Shown piece by piece: positions 20,111 through 28,621 of a stretch of DNA of 64,000 nucleotides. A program made the position numbers and the translations under genes. Source of the stretch: a virus; the IMG/VR virus record IMGVR_UViG_3300032087_002150, positions 1 to 64,000 of that record; one strand, given 5' to 3'. The notes beneath the pieces are model-generated. The model saw nothing but the letters and a program-made list of their open reading frames with translations, was not told where the DNA came from and ran no database searches. Within the stretch, counting starts at the first letter, position 1. Every line of letters begins with the position of its first letter.

Positions 20111-20425
20111 TCACTTTTCCTTGACGCTAGATTGCAACTCTTTGATCATGTTATCTTTGGTCTTGCGCTTATCAAGTTCAACACCAAGTTCACGACCAAG
20201 TTCTTCCAACTTTGCTTTAGTCAGTTTTTTCAGGTCATCAACAGAAGGCAAATTGTCCAGTGCTTCTTTCACGTCTTCTTTAACGTCTTCAACCACCTCT
20301 TCAATTTTGTCTTCAATTTCTTCAACTGTTTGTTCGACTTCTTTGGGGTTCATTACCCACCAAGCAGCAATAACAACAGCAGCCACAACACCTAGAATTA
20401 CCAATTCCATTATAACATACTCCAA
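20111..20425 (-). CDS. Membrane-anchored protein with Rho-N/HeH-like C-terminus
   Basis: N-terminal TM, acidic coil, LKKLTKAKLEELGRELGVELDKRKTKDNMI. Confidence 0.65.
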   Translation of the reverse strand: MEYVIMELVILGVVAAVVIAAWWVMNPKEVEQTVEEIEDKIEEVVEDVKEDVKEALDNLPSVDDLKKLTKAKLEELGRELGVELDKRKTKDNMIKELQSSVKEK

Positions 20426-20429
20426 TGTA

Positions 20430-21080
20430 TTATGAATTATCTTTTACTTTCTCTGGACTCTTTGAGTCACCGTTACCGAGATTGTCACCGCGACGGGAAG
20501 ATGCTTGAGATTTCACTGCCCTTCCTGCCTTTGACACGTCATCATGCCCTTGCTCTTCTTTGTCTTCGATTTCTTTGTCAGACTTTTTGTGCATGTCCAT
20601 GAATTCTTTTGACTTCGGGGATTCCTTATCAGCAATCCCTTCAGGATCTGTAGCACCTTTGGTGTGCTTTTTATCAGGCGAAGCAACAGCACGCTCAAGA
20701 ACTTCAGCAAACTCGCGAGTCAACTCTGGATAATCTTGCGCCATTGACTTGTCGCCGTTCTTCTTGTCACCCTTACGAGCAGGAGCACCTTTAATAGGAT
20801 CAGCAGGTGCTTCTTCCTTTATGTGATAACCTTTGCCATCACAGTGGTCGCAACCTTCACCCTTACACTTTGGGCATTCCATTTTTGCTTCTTTCTTCAT
20901 ACGGTCTTTGCCGCAAGAAGATTCGTCTTTCTGCGCCTTCTTGGCACGGAGGGCAGCGAGGTCGTCACCTTCGATATCCCCGTCCTTGTCGACGTCTAAT
21001 TGCTTTTGCTTAGGAGAAAGTTTCTTCTCGGTTACTTCGAGATATCTCTCCCAAACTTTTTTCATGGAATCTAAGTCCAT
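20430..21080 (-). CDS. Putative internal virion protein (EF-hand-like and CxxCxGxG motifs)
   Basis: DVDKDGDIEGDD; CPKCKGEGCDHCDGKG; TATAAATA at 21115-21122. Confidence 0.6.
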   Translation of the reverse strand: MDLDSMKKVWERYLEVTEKKLSPKQKQLDVDKDGDIEGDDLAALRAKKAQKDESSCGKDRMKKEAKMECPKCKGEGCDHCDGKGYHIKEEAPADPIKGAPARKGDKKNGDKSMAQDYPELTREFAEVLERAVASPDKKHTKGATDPEGIADKESPKSKEFMDMHKKSDKEIEDKEEQGHDDVSKAGRAVKSQASSRRGDNLGNGDSKSPEKVKDNS

Positions 21081-21085
21081 CTTTA

Positions 21086-21502
21086 TTACTCCTGATCAGT
21101 AGAGTTAGTATCGTTATTTATATTCTTTTTAGTTTGCGCTGTGATCTGTTCTTCATAATAAATGATGATTGCCTTTTGTTGCTCAAGATATCTACGGATA
21201 TCTGCAAGGTTCAATGACAGGTTCTCATAATGCGGTACAGACAACGCAAAGAAAACTAAATCGCCGTTGGCGTTTTCAAACCTTTCCTCAAACTCATGAA
21301 TGTTGTCAGTGGTAACTGTGTACCAGTTAACATCAACCATGTTGATGGGACGAGGAGGAGATCTTAAAGGAATATCGGGAGTTTGTACTACCGTCCTAGT
21401 GACAACAACCTCTTCAGGTTTTAGGAAACTACATCCCGTTGTCAGCAGGAGCAGGCTTGCCACTAATAGTTTCAATCCCGTCGAATGCTTTCTTAGTTCC
21501 AT
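21086..21502 (-). CDS. Outer-membrane spanin (Rz1-like lipoprotein)
   Basis: Lipobox LTTGC, Pro-rich stretch, C-terminal helix; overlaps i-spanin. Confidence 0.75.
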   Translation of the reverse strand: MELRKHSTGLKLLVASLLLLTTGCSFLKPEEVVVTRTVVQTPDIPLRSPPRPINMVDVNWYTVTTDNIHEFEERFENANGDLVFFALSVPHYENLSLNLADIRRYLEQQKAIIIYYEEQITAQTKKNINNDTNSTDQE

Positions 21503-21818
21503 TGTTTATTCTCTTTTCAATCAATCCTGGTTTTTTCAGCGCGAGTCGAGTGAGGTCGTGATTGCCAAACACCTCAATCAATCTGTTTCTACTTTCTTCC
21601 GACTTCGCTAAATCTGCTTCTAACTTTAACTGTAACTCTGCGGTCTTTGCAGCGTTCTCTACCATAGTATCTATAGTCCGCTGATTATCTTCTACAGCGA
21701 TCTTTAGTTGTGCATTGTTTGCTTCAAGTTGACGAATCGTGCTTTGAGTATCAACATAATAGAAGTACCCACCGCCAGCAATGGAACCAAATAGTAATAA
21801 TATAAGGAGGATTGGCAT
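21429..21818 (-). CDS. Inner-membrane spanin (Rz-like)
   Basis: N-terminal TM plus coiled coil, KPGLIEKRINNGT. Confidence 0.75.
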   Translation of the reverse strand: MPILLILLLFGSIAGGGYFYYVDTQSTIRQLEANNAQLKIAVEDNQRTIDTMVENAAKTAELQLKLEADLAKSEESRNRLIEVFGNHDLTRLALKKPGLIEKRINNGTKKAFDGIETISGKPAPADNGM

Positions 21819-21819
21819 C

Positions 21820-23379
21820 TTATTTCGCTTTCGCCCTCAATGATTTGATTAACATGATTTTAAACTTTCGCTTGTCGACTGGTTTCTGAATACTGTCGTG
21901 TCGCTTCAAGAGCATATCAATCTGCGATGGAGTCAGCGTTACTTTCTTACCAGTAGGGGATACGGTGATCGCCTGCTTACCGCCACGGTCTTGCGCTTTG
22001 CGTAACTGCATGAAGATGTTACGATCTGCTGGATCAGCGGAACCAGTGCGAACCTTACCCTTTGAAGTTTTAGATACAGGTTTCGCTGGTACTGCTTTCT
22101 TCGTTTCCTTGTCTTTTTTCAGTTCCGCTTTTGCCATTGCTTTATATTTGCGCAGGTCAGCAGCAGTCATTTTCTTCACACCATCTTTATCGGCGAGCGC
22201 ACGAACTTTGTCTTGCATTACTTTGGACATTGCTTCGTTGACGGACTCTTTCATCGCTTCGCGTTCTTTAGAGTGACGGTTCTTGAGATTTTCTTTTTCT
22301 TTGGCATGCTTCAACTTCAAACGTGCACGTGCTTCAGCGTCTTCTTTCTTGGTGCCATACTTCGTCGCTATCGCCTTTGACAGTGCTCCTGCTGCTCGAC
22401 GAGAAGCAGCAGGATCCTTATCTCTGATCATGCGACCCTTTGAGTCAAGACCGGAAGTCGTCTTAGGTTTGCTAGGCGAATCGCTGGTACGACCATACAT
22501 TTTATTGGCAGCACTACGTTGCGCAGCAGAAGCGCGAGGATTGTACGCTTCGTCCTTTGGTTTTTCGCCACGCTCTTTTTTAGAGATAGCAATTGCTGCC
22601 TGTTGAGCAGGAGACACTGCTTCTCGTTGCTGTGCTGCACGCTTTTCTCTTTCGCGGCGCATCATATCAGCAACCTTACCCATCTTATGTTGGTCGGAGG
22701 TGGACATACCTGCTCGTTGCTTCTTAGCACGAATCGCTGCTTGCGATTGTCCATAGGCAGCAGTAGATTCAAGTTTCTTATCCAACTTTTGACCAGCACG
22801 AGCAACACCAGCATATCGCTTATCTTGCTTCGTCGCTGAATCATTAGGATTAGGTTTTGATGCCTTGCGTCGATAGTTGTTAAGAGTCTTTACGCTCAAC
22901 TCATTAACTGATTCTGGAACACAATTAGGAACTGACTTGCCATCTTTCTTTTTCATACCTACCTGCTTATATCCGTCCCAGCAACCCTCTTTCTTTTCTC
23001 CGCGCTTGGCGTCAAGATAAGCAGCGATTGCCATTTCTTTTCGTTTTTCTTTTGACTTGCCCTGAAACTGCGGAGCATCTGATTTTTGGAAATCGTCGAT
23101 GTATTTTTTGACTCCCATTGAAGGATCTAACTTTTCGTTCTGTACGTCTTTATGTACAGGGACCATGCGAGTCTTGCGCTTGCCAGTGACAGGATCGGTA
23201 TAATCTTGAGGTTTCTTAGCAGCAGCATTGGTGTGACCAGTCGTATCAGTTTGCTGATCATCTTCCCTTTGTTGTTTGCCTTTGTGCTTCATATATCCTC
23301 GCTTATCGTCCTTCTTGCGGTCTCGCATTGGACCACCCTTATTAAACTTTCTGGCATGTTTTGCTACTGGATTTTTCAT
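21820..23379 (-). CDS. Modular basic protein, probable processed internal head protein
   Basis: Very K/R/A-rich; short modules (CWDGYKQVGMKKK..VPNCVP; VSPAQQAAIAI) bounded by xxE sites. Confidence 0.6.
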   Translation of the reverse strand: MKNPVAKHARKFNKGGPMRDRKKDDKRGYMKHKGKQQREDDQQTDTTGHTNAAAKKPQDYTDPVTGKRKTRMVPVHKDVQNEKLDPSMGVKKYIDDFQKSDAPQFQGKSKEKRKEMAIAAYLDAKRGEKKEGCWDGYKQVGMKKKDGKSVPNCVPESVNELSVKTLNNYRRKASKPNPNDSATKQDKRYAGVARAGQKLDKKLESTAAYGQSQAAIRAKKQRAGMSTSDQHKMGKVADMMRREREKRAAQQREAVSPAQQAAIAISKKERGEKPKDEAYNPRASAAQRSAANKMYGRTSDSPSKPKTTSGLDSKGRMIRDKDPAASRRAAGALSKAIATKYGTKKEDAEARARLKLKHAKEKENLKNRHSKEREAMKESVNEAMSKVMQDKVRALADKDGVKKMTAADLRKYKAMAKAELKKDKETKKAVPAKPVSKTSKGKVRTGSADPADRNIFMQLRKAQDRGGKQAITVSPTGKKVTLTPSQIDMLLKRHDSIQKPVDKRKFKIMLIKSLRAKAK

Positions 23380-23684
23380 CGCTTCTCGCTATCTGGCGTA
23401 ACAACAACAACATTAGTAGCAGTAAACTTGATCGGTTGCGATCCAGATATAAACCTTCTTGTGCTGTTAGCTGGCAAGTTATATGTTTGACCAACAACCA
23501 TTGAAACTGGAGTTCCGCTGTCCAACTCAAGACTCCATCCAGAACCAGAGTCTAAAAGAAGATTACGCTCTTTCGCGTCATCAGTCCAACTCCAAGTATC
23601 AGTGTTAGTGCCAGTGAATGTTAAAGCAGTAGCAGAATCAATTTCTACCTGCGTTATTTCTCCAATAGCATTTATACTAGACAT
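23376..23684 (-). CDS. Hypothetical beta-rich protein
   Basis: 102-aa ORF, GAGGA SD, coupled to neighbours. Confidence 0.6.
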   Translation of the reverse strand: MSSINAIGEITQVEIDSATALTFTGTNTDTWSWTDDAKERNLLLDSGSGWSLELDSGTPVSMVVGQTYNLPANSTRRFISGSQPIKFTATNVVVVTPDSEKR

Positions 23685-23694
23685 TTATTCTTCC

Positions 23695-24051
23695 TCACCA
23701 TGCCTTACAAGACCAGTAACGTGCTTTCGTCTTTGGTCCTGGATTGTCGCAATTATGCCGAGCACGAAAAGACTTGCGGCGAGCAGGAATATTCTTTTTA
23801 ATCCGCATATTCTTATCACCGAAGTTTACCTTCTTGACGTTACCAGTCTTTGGATCTTTTACATATACTTTTGACTTGGCAACATCTCCTGGCATTGGTT
23901 TGTTCAGAGTTACTTTCCTTCCTTGGTACTCTGCTTCAGAAAATTGCTTAAACCTCAACATTTTCTTTTTACCCTCGTTTGGCGTCTTTTCCCTGGCATA
24001 TTTATCGGAGGCATTAGTTCCCCACTCATGTTTTTGCGGATTATATTTCAC
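23695..24051 (-). CDS. Conserved viral basic protein
   Basis: VKKVNFG...RRKSFRARHNC...ARYWSC motif shared by phages and NCLDV; GTG start. Confidence 0.7.
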   Translation of the reverse strand: MKYNPQKHEWGTNASDKYAREKTPNEGKKKMLRFKQFSEAEYQGRKVTLNKPMPGDVAKSKVYVKDPKTGNVKKVNFGDKNMRIKKNIPARRKSFRARHNCDNPGPKTKARYWSCKAW

Positions 24052-24284
24052 GCTAAATCCTGATCGTGGTTTAACTTAACACCTTTTTTCTTTTTAACTA
24101 TGAATGCGTTGACACGTGCCATGCCCCATTGAGATGGCGTAGTTCCTGGGCGGTGACCTGTTCTCCATGCGGCGACACCGCGATTGTAAACCTTTCGCAG
24201 CGTACCAACGGAAATGCCAGACTTGTCTGCTTTTTTAGCGAGACCCTTAGAGACGTCCTCTGCGATATAGTCCAAAAACTTCAT
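24048..24284 (-). CDS. C-terminal half of a DUF5824-like domain with capsid-targeting-like leader
   Basis: MKFLDYIAE; VYNRGVAAWRTGHRPG...WGMARV. Confidence 0.65.
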   Translation of the reverse strand: MKFLDYIAEDVSKGLAKKADKSGISVGTLRKVYNRGVAAWRTGHRPGTTPSQWGMARVNAFIVKKKKGVKLNHDQDLA

Positions 24285-24315
24285 TTGGCAGTACCATTTT
24301 AGATTATAGTACTGT

Positions 24316-24323
24316 TATTTATA
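24316..24323 (-). promoter_or_regulatory. T4-type late promoter
   Basis: TATAAATA 32 nt upstream of ATG 24284. Confidence 0.75.
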
Positions 24324-24343
24324 CCGCAGAGGAGTTTAGATTT

Positions 24344-24673
24344 TTACTTTTTTCCGCTCCATGCTTGAGCGCCAAAGAATGCTGCAACTAAACCAGCGAC
24401 AGCGACGAAGTAGGTTGGTGCCATATCGCCGAGAACGTCTGATGCTTTTTCTAAACCAACCACATCAGTGCATATTACAAGGACTGGATAGAGTAACATA
24501 CCAGCGAGAGCAAACCAAGTCATACTACGCTGAGCATCACGCATCGCGTCTTGATCTTCAAGTTCCTTTCTCTTAAACTCCATATACATAGCATGTTCTT
24601 CTTCAGATACCTTACCATCACCATTGGTGTCCGCTGGGTGATAACCTGCTGCTTTTACTTCTTCTTCTGACAT
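24344..24673 (-). CDS. Two-TM membrane protein with EF-hand-like loop (holin-like)
   Basis: DTNGDGKVSEEE; two hydrophobic helices. Confidence 0.55.
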   Translation of the reverse strand: MSEEEVKAAGYHPADTNGDGKVSEEEHAMYMEFKRKELEDQDAMRDAQRSMTWFALAGMLLYPVLVICTDVVGLEKASDVLGDMAPTYFVAVAGLVAAFFGAQAWSGKK

Positions 24674-24682
24674 AACTTCCCC

Positions 24683-25162
24683 CTATGGATTGTTGAGTGG
24701 ATTGTCGAGAATGATCTGCATTTTTTCTTCGAGTTCTTTTCTCGTATCTCGCAGATCTTGATCGAGTGTTCTCATTCGTTCGTTAACACGAATCTCAATA
24801 GCATAAACATCATCGCGCAATTCACGTTGAGTAGTTGCAGTTTGATCGTCAACTCGACGAGCAAGTGCTTCCACTTTATCCATATCCTCAGTCATATCTT
24901 CTTTCAATAAATCAATTTTTGTTGAGAGAGCAGATAAACCAGAATTCAAAGATTCCATAGTTTCTTTTTGTACTGCTAACTCTTGTTCTATGTGCGACAG
25001 ATCAGGAGCAACATAACTCTCAATCTGTTCTTTCATATTACGGTAATCGTTATAAAACTCGAATGCACCCCATGCACCGCCACCGAGCGTTGAGAGCGCG
25101 GTAAGAATCACAACCATCTTACCGCCACGGAAAGTCATGCCAGCGAATTCAAATTCTGCCAT
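24683..25162 (-). CDS. TM-anchored coiled-coil protein
   Basis: One TM then ~110 aa heptad coil. Confidence 0.7.
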   Translation of the reverse strand: MAEFEFAGMTFRGGKMVVILTALSTLGGGAWGAFEFYNDYRNMKEQIESYVAPDLSHIEQELAVQKETMESLNSGLSALSTKIDLLKEDMTEDMDKVEALARRVDDQTATTQRELRDDVYAIEIRVNERMRTLDQDLRDTRKELEEKMQIILDNPLNNP

Positions 25163-25247
25163 CTTTCTTTGCCTTTTCTGCTATTTCCCTATCAGTTGTT
25201 CTGACAATGATATATCCCTTATCATCGTATACCGTATACCATCTCAT
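25149..25247 (-). CDS. 32-aa peptide (not in track)
   Basis: MRWYTVYDDKGYIIVRTTDREIAEK...; fills gap with ATGA overlap. Confidence 0.5.
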   Translation of the reverse strand: MRWYTVYDDKGYIIVRTTDREIAEKAKKDGRI

Positions 25248-25705
25248 ATGATACTCGCAAATCCTCCGATAACTACACCTACAAATACTAGAAACCCCAG
25301 TATTGCTATGCCGTCTATGATATTTGCTCTTTTGCGCGCTGCCTTTTCTGCTGCGGCAATTCTTCTTTGTCGAATGACACGACGCTCTTTCATCATATCG
25401 TCGTAAAACTGTTGTTGACCAGTATACAGCAAGTATTCGTATAGTTCTTTTTCGAGTTGCTTTATCTTGTGCCTTGCTGCGGTGACTTGTAGTGCCTGCG
25501 CTTCCACACTGTTGCCACCGAAAAGAGAACCCACCATCGATGGATTCTTTGCATGTTGATCTGCCTCTGCGAGTGCTTCTTTAGCATCAAAAAACTGAGC
25601 AAACTGTGCGTACATATCTTGTACTTCACGCCCTTGTTCGATTGCCCCTTTTAACATTTTAAAAGCAGAGCCTGCCATTGACAATGCTGCTGCTACTTCT
25701 ATCAT
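25244..25705 (-). CDS. Helical protein with C-terminal TM
   Basis: 153 aa, amphipathic N-terminus, C-terminal TM. Confidence 0.7.
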   Translation of the reverse strand: MIEVAAALSMAGSAFKMLKGAIEQGREVQDMYAQFAQFFDAKEALAEADQHAKNPSMVGSLFGGNSVEAQALQVTAARHKIKQLEKELYEYLLYTGQQQFYDDMMKERRVIRQRRIAAAEKAARKRANIIDGIAILGFLVFVGVVIGGFASII

Positions 25706-25706
25706 G

Positions 25707-26219
25707 TTATTCCTCTTTTGGCGGTCCTGCTACTAAACTTGGTGCCATTGGGTTCCCAGATCCTTCAAACTTTAACTGTCGCAGGTTTACTATCTCCTGC
25801 TGTAGTTTCATAACTTCTAATCGTTTCTTTTCCAATTCTAATTGATACAACGCATTACAATTTAATCTTTGCTTTGGTGCGCCAATCGGGATAGTAATCT
25901 TCCCGTACACACCAATATCTCGCAAGAACTCATTCGTATTATAACGGTTGTACATATATGGATCTTGAGAAGCAAGATTGTAGATTGGATCTTCTTGATT
26001 CAAAATACCAACTACACCAAACTCTACGTTTGTAGATGACCCGATTGCTGCTGAGCATTCGACGTCACCTGCCCTAACTCTGTCTGATTGGAAGGACTGA
26101 GGAGTTTGCGGTATCGCAATGTTTATTCCACTATTCTGCCCATAAGCAGCACCGCACCACAATCCGACCACAAAATAAACTGTTAACAATAATATTCTAT
26201 TCATAGTATTTTCGAACAT
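25707..26219 (-). CDS. Exported protein with Cys-flanked beta-hairpin and coiled coil
   Basis: Signal peptide; VECS..NVEFGVVG / IGVYGKITIPIG..LNC. Confidence 0.65.
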   Translation of the reverse strand: MFENTMNRILLLTVYFVVGLWCGAAYGQNSGINIAIPQTPQSFQSDRVRAGDVECSAAIGSSTNVEFGVVGILNQEDPIYNLASQDPYMYNRYNTNEFLRDIGVYGKITIPIGAPKQRLNCNALYQLELEKKRLEVMKLQQEIVNLRQLKFEGSGNPMAPSLVAGPPKEE

Positions 26220-26575
26220 ATCCGAGAAGATACAACAGTCTTGCTTATATCTCCTTGTAAAATCATTGACCGACTACAAATATAAACTGAACGAAGGTAG
26301 TCTGCCTCTTTTAAATAAATTACCACTTCTTTCTTTTTTAAATAATCTAACTGTATCGTTCTTTGTGCTGTAGCAAACGGTACAGATTTAAACTCCTCAT
26401 CAAACACTTCAAATGTATAATACGAGACATCCTCTCTCGAATTAAACAAGTACATCTTTGCTTGATATATCCCAGGAACAAATGAACCAGTTACCTTGGG
26501 ATATGTGGGCGTCCACTGGTGAGCATTAACTTGCGCGCACAGCAGACACCCGAGTATCATCATAACGAAGCGCAT
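26201..26575 (-). CDS. Single-domain PapD-like periplasmic chaperone
   Basis: Signal peptide; TPT...LFN...YTFEVFD...PF pattern; C-terminal Cys pair. Confidence 0.5.
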   Translation of the reverse strand: MRFVMMILGCLLCAQVNAHQWTPTYPKVTGSFVPGIYQAKMYLFNSREDVSYYTFEVFDEEFKSVPFATAQRTIQLDYLKKKEVVIYLKEADYLRSVYICSRSMILQGDISKTVVSSRICSKIL

Positions 26576-26578
26576 TGT

Positions 26579-27076
26579 TTATAGTGCTATACAATTCGCT
26601 TCAACGATAGCAGTGTAAGTACCGCCAGGAAGTGCCTTGTTAACACCATAGTCTGCTGTTGATGAAACAGCAAACCAAGTGCTACCAGTGAACTCAAGGT
26701 CGATCTCTGTGGTGCTATCATATGTGATTTTCGTTGTGTCATATGCTGACATCTGAGCATCAGAGACCGCATCTACAGCAGTAGATCCATTCCATGTTAC
26801 AGTGTCATTCAACGCAGGACTCTGAGAGAAAGACGATGGATGCGTGATAACCGCCTTGTATGAATCAGCGATAACTACATCGTATCGAATCACTGGAGCA
26901 ACTCCACCGTCAACAGCATCAGTGCTTAATTCACTAGATGTTGGGTTTCCATAGACACCCTGTTTGTCGAGAGTTACAACACACTTTGACTCTACATTAC
27001 CTACAATTGGTGCATCAAGAGCGAATGCATTCACCGAAATAAACGCAATCGAAGCAGCCAAAATTTTCTTGAACAT
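26579..27076 (-). CDS. Fimbrial subunit-like exported protein
   Basis: Signal peptide ending AFA; GNVESKC; all-beta, S/T/D-rich; ends LPGGTYTAIVEANC. Confidence 0.55.
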   Translation of the reverse strand: MFKKILAASIAFISVNAFALDAPIVGNVESKCVVTLDKQGVYGNPTSSELSTDAVDGGVAPVIRYDVVIADSYKAVITHPSSFSQSPALNDTVTWNGSTAVDAVSDAQMSAYDTTKITYDSTTEIDLEFTGSTWFAVSSTADYGVNKALPGGTYTAIVEANCIAL

Positions 27077-27966
27077 TACTGTTCTCCTTTGTATTGAGAT
27101 TTTACTAATTTTTCATGAAGTAAGTCTTGCGCAAACTGTAATCTACGACCCCGATTATTCCTCGGGAGTCTAGAATCCTTTAGGACTACCGTGTCCTCTA
27201 TTTTCGTATCAGGCAGAGTTGTGAAATATATTGAAGAAAAAGTATTTAATGCCATCATCTGCTGTTGTTTAGCAGTGTCCTCGGCATTTTGTAGTGACCT
27301 GTTAACTATACCCAAAATATTTTCTAGGTCAACTTCCTCTTCATCTTCTTCTTTTTCTTCCGCGACTCTTAATCTTTCTTGTTCTTCTTCGTCATCCTCG
27401 TCGCGCATAGTCATCTCACGATCGAGTTCGTTTTGTATTACGTCGTCAGCGAGTGGATCAACTGGTTCGACGTTTGGTATGTCTGGCACTTCAGGTTTAT
27501 ATCCTGGGCACTCTGGATCGGATTGTGGGTCGAAGCAAGTGTCATACTGATACGTGTATGCTACAAATGGTTCAACAACTTCACCTTTCCCTTCCCATTC
27601 AATACTACCGTCGCCCCAACGTTCGATTGGAACCTGACCGACTCGTATAACCTTATTTATAGTATTTCCTGGAATACCTGTCCAGTCATCCTTTTCACGA
27701 AAAATGTACTGCCCTTCGTTTTGTGCGTCTTCATTCTGCACATAAACTACCATGGCATCTTGTTCGTTTTTGATAGTCGTGTAACTATAAATCACATTAC
27801 TAACAGTCAACCCTGTCGCCTGAGGCAACACATTGGACATAACCCAATTAAGACCAGCATCCGCTGCATTGGTTGTTGTACCAAATACTTGCTCAGAGTA
27901 GGAGTAAGAGTGCCAACAACCCAGCAACACCGCCACTAGCAGCTGCTGTGCTCTTTGTAGTCTCAT
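27076..27966 (-). CDS. Exported protein: beta domain, CxxPxxDPxCPG motif, acidic stalk
   Basis: Signal peptide, CFDPQSDPECPGY, E-rich region. Confidence 0.65.
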   Translation of the reverse strand: MRLQRAQQLLVAVLLGCWHSYSYSEQVFGTTTNAADAGLNWVMSNVLPQATGLTVSNVIYSYTTIKNEQDAMVVYVQNEDAQNEGQYIFREKDDWTGIPGNTINKVIRVGQVPIERWGDGSIEWEGKGEVVEPFVAYTYQYDTCFDPQSDPECPGYKPEVPDIPNVEPVDPLADDVIQNELDREMTMRDEDDEEEQERLRVAEEKEEDEEEVDLENILGIVNRSLQNAEDTAKQQQMMALNTFSSIYFTTLPDTKIEDTVVLKDSRLPRNNRGRRLQFAQDLLHEKLVKSQYKGEQ

Positions 27967-28495
27967 CTAATCCTTCCTTCGGGACTTCTGGTTGATTTTC
28001 CATCTCACCTGACGCCAACCATGCTGCCTTTGCCTCATCGCCGATTAATCCGTCATATGGGCATGGCGTTCCTGCGTTCATCATCGCCGTAAACACTCGC
28101 TCGTCTTGACACATCATAGAAACAGCAGCGACCTTCATACCCATGTCGTACAAAGTCTTTGCGTTCTTGAGTCGTTCACAGTTTTCGTCTGTAAACTGCG
28201 TACCAGTAGAGATACCAAGGATTTGAGTTTGAACAGCACCAGCAACTCCGAAAGTACAGAGGTCAGAGTTTGATGTGTTAATGGTTGGTGTAATCGCCGA
28301 TGCAGGTGGCGATTTTATTGTTGTGGTGGTAGCACCATTCGTTGTGATTGTACTGTTGACTTCCGACTTAGTTTCTACCAAATTGGGGTTAACAGCATCT
28401 TCCTGCGCATATAATGCGGGAGCAATGGAGAATGCAAAAATAATAATGCATCCAATCAGCACAATCTTTATAAGACTCGAGTCTAACTTATCCAT
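27893..28495 (-). CDS. Exported Cys-rich protein with Gly-rich beta-hairpin and C-terminal TM anchor
   Basis: Signal peptide; DLC..GVAGAVQTQILGISTG..DENCERLK..MC..TPCP; SGGVAGLLALLLLL. Confidence 0.7.
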   Translation of the reverse strand: MDKLDSSLIKIVLIGCIIIFAFSIAPALYAQEDAVNPNLVETKSEVNSTITTNGATTTTIKSPPASAITPTINTSNSDLCTFGVAGAVQTQILGISTGTQFTDENCERLKNAKTLYDMGMKVAAVSMMCQDERVFTAMMNAGTPCPYDGLIGDEAKAAWLASGEMENQPEVPKEGLDETTKSTAAASGGVAGLLALLLLL

Positions 28496-28500
28496 CGTAC

Positions 28501-28571
28501 AATTCCTAATGTAATGAATCTAACAAATCAAATCAGATTTGCATTTTATTATTCAATATTACAAAGGAATT
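28501..28571 (-). promoter_or_regulatory. Long AU-rich 5'-UTR hairpin occluding the RBS
   Basis: AATTCCT/AGGAATT, TGTAAT/ATTACA, GAAT/ATTC, CAAATC/GATTTG nested pairs; ACTAAATA at 28615-28622. Confidence 0.65.
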
Positions 28572-28621
28572 AAAAAGTTAACACCCAGATCAAAACATGC
28601 TATGTACCGAAAGGTATTTAG

